64,000 bases of DNA from a virus, in IMG/VR virus record IMGVR_UViG_3300042863_000147, positions 25,267 to 89,266 of that record; one strand, given 5' to 3'. The notes below the pieces were generated by a model. The model was not told the DNA's origin and ran no database searches. It was given only the letters and a program-made list of their open reading frames with translations. This document shows positions 57,111 to 64,000 of the stretch, in pieces (the stretch's first letter is position 1; each line of letters begins with the position of its first letter). The position numbers and the translations under genes were made by a program.

Positions 57111-57323
57111 TTACTCCTTGAAGTATGTGTCTATGACTTCTAATTTGTCATGATACTCGGAAATTAACGCGATTTCTTTTTCAATAGCATCCATTAGATC
57201 TGTGTGATCATGAATGGCCATTGGATTAGATAGCATAATATCCACATTCATTTTATGTTTAAGAATGTGTGCTGCGAAGTGTTGCTTAAGAACACCAATC
57301 ATTTCTTTTCTCATATTATTCAC
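57111..57323 (-). CDS. Hypothetical helical-hairpin protein
   Basis: 70 aa, H..NV...L.NP.AI.DH. Confidence 0.65.
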   Translation of the reverse strand: MNNMRKEMIGVLKQHFAAHILKHKMNVDIMLSNPMAIHDHTDLMDAIEKEIALISEYHDKLEVIDTYFKE

Positions 57324-58950
57324 CTAAATTACCTTCTTCGAGCTCTCTTAGCTTGTCGTCATCTGGATTTTCTAAATCTACTTCTTCTGATTTAGATACC
57401 TCTTCGAACGCAAACAATCCGTTGAATGTATTTTGAGCAGGCCCGCCTTGCAAACGAGCACCTTCTAAACTACGCAAGAATGGGCCTGCTTGCTCAATCA
57501 TAGCAAATGCTTCTGCTTTAGTTGTGGTATTAAACAAGTCTTCAATAAACGAACTAAAATAAAGGATGTTACGAGGAACCCAATCTGAATACTCGTCACT
57601 CATGTCTGAGCCTTTAACTTTCTTCCATTGTTTCCAAGTTAACTTACCTGCAACTTTAGCAATCTCGATATCCATTAACTGTTGGGCACGTTGAACAGCA
57701 ACAATATGGCATTCAACATTATGTCCCATCATTAATGCATAGGCAAAGCTGTCCCAACTTGTTCTGTTAGGAATCTTACCTAGTTTGTTTAGTCTAGGAA
57801 CAACTTGATAGTGATCTGGATTCAAATGATCAAACTTGGCACCGTTTAATTCTGCATCAGTTTTACGCTCGCCTAAGTCATAGTAGGCAATGTCGGCCAT
57901 TGTTAATCTGCGACCGATTGACGATTCGAATGGGAACGGGATGTCTGATCCTGATAGTGCTTTGTTATCTGGTGCCTTGTCCATAATAACACTCCACCTT
58001 TTTGGCGTGTGGACTGCGTTTGTGTAGACAAGTCCGTGCGCGGTTGCGATGAACGGTGAGGCGCAGTCAAAAGATACGGTAAGCTCTTCATTGATATGTT
58101 TCCTAATTTGTCGTTGAATTAAAGTCAAGTAACAACTCCAGTCAAGTTGTGCTGTACCCAAGAAGTGGATCCAGTTTTTGCCCTTCAGCAAACCATCTTC
58201 TCTCAAGGTCATTAGACGCTTGAGAGTAATATCCATCTTGCACATGTTAGCACCACCAAAGGCCCAACCTTCTGCTTCACGCCCTGCATACTTGCCTGCT
58301 GGATCGCTAAATTCCTTTACACCGTCATACCACTTTTCAGCAGTGTCCCAGTCCCCGCCCTGTAGAACATTAAGCCATTTAGTTTGACCCAATCTGTTCA
58401 TTAAGAAGTAATCGTTGTTGTATCGAGTCTTATCTAAACAGTCATCGAATGTCTTCAATCCAGTTTTGGGGCTGTGAATATGATCACATGCCCATGTCGG
58501 AACGTCTAACATCATTGACCAGTCGGCAGTTACTTCCAACCACTCGAGAATCTTCTGACGAGTCTTAGTGGCTTCCTTGCCTTCAAAGTCTAGCCAATCA
58601 AACTTAAGAACACCCTTACCAATCTGGTATCCACCGGAGTCGCCTAGAATCATTGTATTGTTACGATCACGTTGTTGGATCATAGACTCTTGTGTAAGAC
58701 TCTTTTGTAGATCTAATTGTGCATGACCTGCTGAATACAAACCATACTTGTAGGTAAAGTAGCCTTGTTCCGGATTTAGAAAATTCATTCCTTCAATACC
58801 ACGATCAAATCCTGCAGGAATACGATCTGTTGGTACGAATTCACCTAATCGCTGTTTAGCAACATAGGTGCTGTAGAACGAACTAATAGCTGGCAAATAT
58901 ACCGCATAGTCCTTCTGTAGTGGTGTTAAATTAACTTGTTGTTTGCTCAT
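57316..58950 (-). CDS. dpdA: TGT-fold guanine transglycosylase, DpdA-like
   Basis: DSGGYQI, MMLDVP, VLQGG, GWAFGG, IHFLG, SFDCASP match TGT motifs; sits beside clamp and polymerase. Confidence 0.75.
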   Translation of the reverse strand: MSKQQVNLTPLQKDYAVYLPAISSFYSTYVAKQRLGEFVPTDRIPAGFDRGIEGMNFLNPEQGYFTYKYGLYSAGHAQLDLQKSLTQESMIQQRDRNNTMILGDSGGYQIGKGVLKFDWLDFEGKEATKTRQKILEWLEVTADWSMMLDVPTWACDHIHSPKTGLKTFDDCLDKTRYNNDYFLMNRLGQTKWLNVLQGGDWDTAEKWYDGVKEFSDPAGKYAGREAEGWAFGGANMCKMDITLKRLMTLREDGLLKGKNWIHFLGTAQLDWSCYLTLIQRQIRKHINEELTVSFDCASPFIATAHGLVYTNAVHTPKRWSVIMDKAPDNKALSGSDIPFPFESSIGRRLTMADIAYYDLGERKTDAELNGAKFDHLNPDHYQVVPRLNKLGKIPNRTSWDSFAYALMMGHNVECHIVAVQRAQQLMDIEIAKVAGKLTWKQWKKVKGSDMSDEYSDWVPRNILYFSSFIEDLFNTTTKAEAFAMIEQAGPFLRSLEGARLQGGPAQNTFNGLFAFEEVSKSEEVDLENPDDDKLRELEEGNLGE

Positions 58951-58962
58951 CTTTGCTCAATA

Positions 58963-59697
58963 TTATGTCTGTGCAGGAATGATGTACTTGTAAGTAGCAA
59001 GACCGCTGTCAAGTGTAATCTGTAGAGCACCTTCGTTACTTAAACTCATCATAGTATTGTTAACATCTGATGCTTTAAGAATCGCAAGCACTGGGGCAAC
59101 AGGCCATGTCCATCCTTTATTTAGGTTACCAGTGACACCGGTGGCAAAAATAAATTCACCACCGTGACTTGCTTGGTCACCGAATGTAAATTTCAACTTG
59201 TCACCGTCTGTCTTGGCCAAGAATGTTGTGTGCTCATTGTTAGCGGCTGCTTGAAAAGCAAAACGCTGAACACTGGCTAGACTTGGAGCAACTTCAACAT
59301 CCCACTTAACACCACGGAACTTAACAGTCTTTAACTTTTCGTTAATAATCTCAGTGTTCATAAAGCGGTAATCGTTCTTAAAGTCGCCACCTTTGTTTTC
59401 AAAGTGCAAACCTGTTGGAATTTCTTCACCGTTGCGATCTTGTTTAACAACTTCGATCTTTGCATCTTCTTTGTATTCTGGGCAATCTAACAAATACTTT
59501 AATTTGTTCATTTGCGGCATACCAAAAATGCCAGTCATGTCTGCCTGCGGGCTAGCAGTTTCACCATACATAATAACTGTGCGGTCATCAGCCATACTGT
59601 CAATGGTTGTCTTTTTGTCGTCGCCTGTAATTTTAACGATGTTCAGGAAGCCCAGGCTATGTGTGTGGCTAACGATATCTTGTAGAATGTCTTTCAT
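58963..59697 (-). CDS. gp45: DNA polymerase sliding clamp, gp45-like
   Basis: 244 aa, two-domain clamp pattern, Y.YIIPA end; follows polymerase. Confidence 0.7.
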   Translation of the reverse strand: MKDILQDIVSHTHSLGFLNIVKITGDDKKTTIDSMADDRTVIMYGETASPQADMTGIFGMPQMNKLKYLLDCPEYKEDAKIEVVKQDRNGEEIPTGLHFENKGGDFKNDYRFMNTEIINEKLKTVKFRGVKWDVEVAPSLASVQRFAFQAAANNEHTTFLAKTDGDKLKFTFGDQASHGGEFIFATGVTGNLNKGWTWPVAPVLAILKASDVNNTMMSLSNEGALQITLDSGLATYKYIIPAQT

Positions 59698-59714
59698 AAT
59701 AATTCCTTTTGTTT

Positions 59715-59743
59715 AGTTTATTTAGATTTGCGAGTAAAGTCAA
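59715..59743 (-). promoter_or_regulatory. Composite early/late promoter for clamp
   Basis: TTGACT-N17-TAAACT overlapping TAAATA (59719-59724). Confidence 0.5.
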
Positions 59744-59752
59744 TGATTATTT

Positions 59753-62425
59753 TCAATCAAAGGAAAATAATTTGCCAAAGGTGTTGTCTTGGGTAGTGGA
59801 TTCTAAATCCCAGTCCAGCACACCGATAAGGTTGTCTAGTTTGTTGTTAATGATAGCAGTTTCCATCTCACTGTGATCAAATGGAAGGTCTTGGAACCAT
59901 TTAGGTAATCTCATCTCATCAACTGGATAAGCAATAGATGTGTAACCTAGTGGATTATCTCTAACCTTGCAGACAATAACCTTCATACCATCAACAATGC
60001 CCATTGAGTATTTGTCACCGTTCATACGCTTTAGCGTGTTCCAGTTGATAGCAGCACGGACATGTCCTGGCATATTTGCCTTACCTTGTTTAGCTTCCTT
60101 AGCTTGATACTCGGTAATGTTGTTAGCACGTTTCGGACTGCCCTTTTCCCAACCTGGTCTGGCTTTGAATTCAGTCCGGAACGCACTGATCATTTCAAGA
60201 ATCTCTTGTTCCTCTGCACCATTTAGTACTTTGGTAAGAACTTCTTCTAGAAACTTTTGCATAAATTCCGGAGTATCACTACGCTTGAGATCCAGGCCCA
60301 TGGCCTTAATCTTACCTGGCTTACCGTCTGTGTCCTGTCTCTTACCGTCTTTATCGTAATACAATACTGCATAACGCTTCTTGGTAATGAACAGGCCTTT
60401 AACAGCAACAATTTCTCGACCACCTTTGATAACTTCGCCTCGACTCTTTGGGCAGTGAAATGCATCCAACATGAACTGCGGGAATGTTGCATTTACGCCT
60501 TCGGCAATTTGATCATACAGCTGAATAACAACATCTCTATCCCAAGGGATCAGCTTCTTGTTAATGTCAGTCTTTAGCGTATTGTAAGCTGAGAAGTAGC
60601 ACGAATCAGTATCACCATAGATAATGCTTTTACCTACGTGGTCAAACTCGCCGGTAATCATTTCATTGACTTTACCAGCCATGTGCTTGGCAATCTGGCG
60701 ACCTACTAGAGTAGTTGATTGTCCGATACGCTTGTCAAAGAATCTGCAACCTGCATTAAGAATAGCACCATACAAACTGTTCAAGTTAATCTTCTTAACC
60801 AACTGTCGCTTGTCCCAGTACTCTTCTTCAATCTTGTTACCTGCTTCAATAGCTGCCTTGAGCTTCTTTTGCATATCTTTACGTTCAGCATACCAACGCT
60901 TTAACAGTCCGGGGATAATACCTTCATGTTCATAGGTAAAGATAGTGCCGTTTGCGCTCAACATCCAAGGTTGATTACTGTCAAAGATTAACTTATATGC
61001 TTCGGCTGCACTCATGATATCACTTTGATTGTTTTCCCAGTCGACAATTATTTCAAATGCTTTATCCTGTCGCATAACTGCTTCGTATTCTAGACTACCA
61101 AACATACCTTCCCATGATGCTGCAAATGATTTCTTATGCACTAGCATTTGTTCATTAATATGTTGATCAGTTCGGTCTTGACGCAACTGTCCGACGATAG
61201 TTTCCGGACCCATATTTAACGCACGAATAGCTGAAGGATACAGTGAGTTAATGTCAATAGATCCAATCCAGTCATGCAACCCTTTTTTAGGATATGCAAC
61301 ATAGGCACCTGCTGCCTGATTGTTAGCATCTTCGTCACGCTTTGCACGATTGGGCACAATGAGACCACGGTGGTGGGCTTCATTTACAATAGCCTGTTCA
61401 GTTACAGCAACAGCGCCCATTGTGGTCTGTAATAGCACTGTGCATTCATGCGCCAGTGTGTTAGCAAGGTCAATAAACTTTAGTTTCTTATCTAGCTTGT
61501 CCAACAGTGCAGTATCCTGTCTGTTGTATTCAATGAACTTACGGAAGTCATTGTTGTACAATTGATCAAGTGTGCCTTCATAATGAGTCTTGCTCTCGCC
61601 TACTTCCATTTCTCCAATGGCATCCAATCGGTAAGTGTGTCTCTCTTCATATGTGTATTTGCGGTACAGCTCGAGACTGTCCAGATGAACACGACCAACC
61701 AGATCATAAGTAACAGCCGCTTTTCCATATTTCTCGTACTCTCTCTTCTTGGGAAATTGACCCCACAGACAGAATCTACGAGTGTCTTCTTTGCTCAGTG
61801 CTTTAATTACTCGATTGACAGTGTAGGGAATATCATAACCTTCACTGTTCCAACCGCTAAGAATGTCAGCATCTTGAATAAGATCCAAGAACGCATCTAA
61901 CATTTCTGCTTCAGTTTCAAATAAGTGTGTGTTAGGGAAGTCCTTGACCAGTTCCGTTGCCTGCTCCATTGTCAGGGTCTTTGGAGGAACAGCAAAGCAG
62001 ACCAGTGTATCTAACCATTGTAGGTGAACAGCAATCGATGTAATTGGCATAAACGCATCCTCTGGGGTGCTGTAGCCTCTTTCAGGATCGAAGTCCACCT
62101 CGATGTCGAAAAACGCCACATTAAGTTTAGGCGGTTCGTGATTGAGATAATTTTCTTCTAGTGTTTTGAATACTGTATTGATATCAGATTCGTATAGCTT
62201 GTGACTGCTGTGAATCCGTTGTTCTTTCTGAAAATCCTTATAGGATCTAGTAACAACTTTGCTTAGGTTTTCACCGTAAATTGACTTGTATTTGCCCCTT
62301 TGATCGGGGTAATAAAATGTGTATCTTGCAGGAAACTCCTGGAAGATTCTGCCTTTCTTTGGATCACGCTCAACGACATGCACGATGTCCTTGTCGCGAT
62401 CCCACATGGCATCGACGTAGCTCAT
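59753..62425 (-). CDS. gp43: Family B DNA polymerase
   Basis: FFDIEV, WNSEGYDIPY, YNRQD, DINSLYPS, KKINLNSLYG, YGDTDS, KKRYA; start at 62425 after AAGGAG. Confidence 0.97.
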   Translation of the reverse strand: MSYVDAMWDRDKDIVHVVERDPKKGRIFQEFPARYTFYYPDQRGKYKSIYGENLSKVVTRSYKDFQKEQRIHSSHKLYESDINTVFKTLEENYLNHEPPKLNVAFFDIEVDFDPERGYSTPEDAFMPITSIAVHLQWLDTLVCFAVPPKTLTMEQATELVKDFPNTHLFETEAEMLDAFLDLIQDADILSGWNSEGYDIPYTVNRVIKALSKEDTRRFCLWGQFPKKREYEKYGKAAVTYDLVGRVHLDSLELYRKYTYEERHTYRLDAIGEMEVGESKTHYEGTLDQLYNNDFRKFIEYNRQDTALLDKLDKKLKFIDLANTLAHECTVLLQTTMGAVAVTEQAIVNEAHHRGLIVPNRAKRDEDANNQAAGAYVAYPKKGLHDWIGSIDINSLYPSAIRALNMGPETIVGQLRQDRTDQHINEQMLVHKKSFAASWEGMFGSLEYEAVMRQDKAFEIIVDWENNQSDIMSAAEAYKLIFDSNQPWMLSANGTIFTYEHEGIIPGLLKRWYAERKDMQKKLKAAIEAGNKIEEEYWDKRQLVKKINLNSLYGAILNAGCRFFDKRIGQSTTLVGRQIAKHMAGKVNEMITGEFDHVGKSIIYGDTDSCYFSAYNTLKTDINKKLIPWDRDVVIQLYDQIAEGVNATFPQFMLDAFHCPKSRGEVIKGGREIVAVKGLFITKKRYAVLYYDKDGKRQDTDGKPGKIKAMGLDLKRSDTPEFMQKFLEEVLTKVLNGAEEQEILEMISAFRTEFKARPGWEKGSPKRANNITEYQAKEAKQGKANMPGHVRAAINWNTLKRMNGDKYSMGIVDGMKVIVCKVRDNPLGYTSIAYPVDEMRLPKWFQDLPFDHSEMETAIINNKLDNLIGVLDWDLESTTQDNTFGKLFSFD

Positions 62426-62430
62426 ATAGT

Positions 62431-62490
62431 TCTCCTTACCGCTTATGGCCGGCAACCTTCTTTGTGATCAATTATGGCTGATCGAACCTT
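62431..62490 (-). promoter_or_regulatory. Duplicated hairpin in polymerase 5' leader (putative translational operator)
   Basis: AAGGTT-stem-GCCATAA(T/G)-stem twice; the second abuts the RBS. Confidence 0.65.
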
Positions 62491-62494
62491 TCTC

Positions 62495-62797
62495 TTACAT
62501 ATTTAACAATCTAATGTAGCCAATGACATCTATAGTGACTAACAGTAGATAGTTAGCCACCATACCTGTACTTTTACGAGTCCATGAAGCCCATGCAAAT
62601 ATTGCACACTGCAAAATGAATATTGGATACAAATAGAAAAACAGCGGATCAGTTGCACCTGCTGCTAAAGTTAGAGAGCAGCCTAAACTCATCAACCATG
62701 CTGAGATTTCTAATGAAAATCTAGTAGGCCATTCTCGATAATCGTTTCTAGCCCAGTTATATACGTTTGCAAGTACGGTTGTAAGTCTGGTCATCAA
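62495..62797 (-). CDS. Small membrane protein (~3 TM)
   Basis: Three hydrophobic segments. Confidence 0.65.
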   Translation of the reverse strand: MMTRLTTVLANVYNWARNDYREWPTRFSLEISAWLMSLGCSLTLAAGATDPLFFYLYPIFILQCAIFAWASWTRKSTGMVANYLLLVTIDVIGYIRLLNM

Positions 62798-63147
62798 TCC
62801 GCCTGTCTTGTAATAAAATTCACCCTAATTTTTTTAGGATTAAAATATTTTGTTACTACATTCTGTGCAGTTAGCAAATCAAACTTTTTACAACTAAAAA
62901 TATCAAAGTATGCAGTTCCGTCGAGCTCCATAAAATGACCACAAATATTACTTGTAGTTATTAGCTGCATTAAGCTGTAACCTTGTTTTGGATCTCCAGG
63001 TAACAGATATTCAATTACAGGTTCTCCGTGCGCGACCATGTCGATCTTGTCAACAAGGTCTTTTACAAAATTATAAATGTTATCCTTGCAGTGGATTTGT
63101 TCACACCCGCTGCAATCTAACATTAAATGATATCCCCAGTGACTCAT
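62794..63147 (-). CDS. speD: S-adenosylmethionine decarboxylase-like proenzyme
   Basis: GYHLMLDC, GYS.MQLITTSNI..H, FDIFSCK. Confidence 0.75.
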   Translation of the reverse strand: MSHWGYHLMLDCSGCEQIHCKDNIYNFVKDLVDKIDMVAHGEPVIEYLLPGDPKQGYSLMQLITTSNICGHFMELDGTAYFDIFSCKKFDLLTAQNVVTKYFNPKKIRVNFITRQAD

Positions 63148-63416
63148 CAGTCTTCGCGACGATTAGCGTGGCCTGCAATATCGACAATAGTTTCGAGATC
63201 GTCAAACTCACGGAACACTTGATCCCATTGATCTTTCTGTGCAATTTTGATTGCCTTGCGGATAACACTGGGTTTTACTTCCAGCTCTTCTGCTACTGCT
63301 TTGATAGTTTCATTCAATCCTTCGGTGAGGTCTTGAATTTCCTGCATAACAGTCATACCTTCGGATACGATCTGTTTGATTTTTGCCTGTTCTGGTGCGC
63401 CAAATGCTTTGCCCAT
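63147..63416 (-). CDS. dsDNA-binding protein, T4 DsbA-like
   Basis: Helical 89 aa, IKAVAEELEVKPSVIRKAIK. Confidence 0.6.
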   Translation of the reverse strand: MGKAFGAPEQAKIKQIVSEGMTVMQEIQDLTEGLNETIKAVAEELEVKPSVIRKAIKIAQKDQWDQVFREFDDLETIVDIAGHANRRED

Positions 63417-63436
63417 AATATCTCCTATAAGTGTAT

Positions 63437-63465
63437 AGTATATAGGTTTAGTCTTACAAGGTCAA
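63437..63465 (-). promoter_or_regulatory. Sigma70-like promoter
   Basis: TTGACC-N17-TATACT. Confidence 0.6.
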
Positions 63466-63999
63466 ACTTTTTTCTGTATATTCTGCTCGGTTCCACCCTA
63501 ACAAGAAATTAGCTTTCCAATCATTTTGGGCAAAGCCTTTGAGATGGTACCACTCTTCTTGTTTAGCTAAAACCTGTTTTGCAGCATCTCTCCAATCGGT
63601 ATGTCTCACTTTGAAGTCGAATACGTGCATGGCTTTTAAGAATGCATCAAAATCATAGTTGTCGTACTCTACATGTAGCACTTCGTAAATGTTACCAGCG
63701 TCATCTACAGCATCTAGTGCAAAATCAAAACCCCATTTCTGCGGAGTTTTCAATAACCACTCGGCTTCAGGGATTGTTGCTTTGATTTTCTTTAGTTGAT
63801 GTTCTGCATATCCCTCGTACCTGCAACGATGAAGGATCAGTGAGTGATCTAGTATTAGTCCTAGGTCGTTATCTTCTAGAGCAAACCAAGGTTCTTGCCA
63901 GCAGCGATGATTAAGTATAGGATGGTCTATAGGATGGTGCATCATCCCGTAATATTTCTGTTCTGCTTGATTTAATTCAAATCCGTCTTTGTCATAGAA
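63454..63999 (-). CDS. Hypothetical protein, 5'-truncated by window edge
   Basis: Frame stays open to the window end (FYDKDGFELNQAEQKYYGMMHH...). Confidence 0.7.
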   Translation of the reverse strand, partial: FYDKDGFELNQAEQKYYGMMHHPIDHPILNHRCWQEPWFALEDNDLGLILDHSLILHRCRYEGYAEHQLKKIKATIPEAEWLLKTPQKWGFDFALDAVDDAGNIYEVLHVEYDNYDFDAFLKAMHVFDFKVRHTDWRDAAKQVLAKQEEWYHLKGFAQNDWKANFLLGWNRAEYTEKSLTL

Positions 64000-64000
64000 T

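Noticed and set aside
59753-62425. Intein or intron in the polymerase
   Set aside because: Continuous ORF; the insert after GPETI lacks intein splice motifs
1-64000. Stop-codon reassignment
   Set aside because: Core genes translate full length in the standard code

Overview
A 64-kb segment of a large T4-related myophage (jumbo/Asterius-like gene order, probably aquatic; inferred from protein motifs, no searches run). 1-11.3 kb, mostly minus strand: partial head core-like gene, portal (gp20), tape-measure-like protein, gp26/gp51-like chaperones, a ~480-nt structured non-coding element, GIY-YIG nuclease, two Hc1-like basic proteins, gp46/gp47 and a gp55-like late sigma. 11.4-44.0 kb, plus strand: tail/baseplate operon (gp48/54-like, gp53, hub, gp5 with a GH19 domain, gp25, gp6, a 4571-aa structural protein, an S8 protease, three paralogous fibres). 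44-64 kb, minus strand: thyA, DHFR, MoxR ATPase + vWA peptidase, RNase H, a 7-deazaguanine-type DNA modification cluster (QueE, QueD/DpdL-like, TGT/DpdA-like) interleaved with a glycosyltransferase, cupin, MazG and an inverted radical SAM gene, then sliding clamp, family B polymerase, AdoMetDC-like and DsbA-like genes. No tRNA, rRNA or CRISPR array seen. Best novelty candidates: (1) the ornate, possibly pseudoknotted RNA directly behind the GIY-YIG gene, with an internal TGTGAC-N10-AGATAAT repeat; (2) a deazaguanine cluster with a glycosyltransferase and no folE/queC in the window; (3) a -1 frameshift joining the gp26- and gp51-like ORFs; (4) a duplicated hairpin operator over the polymerase RBS.
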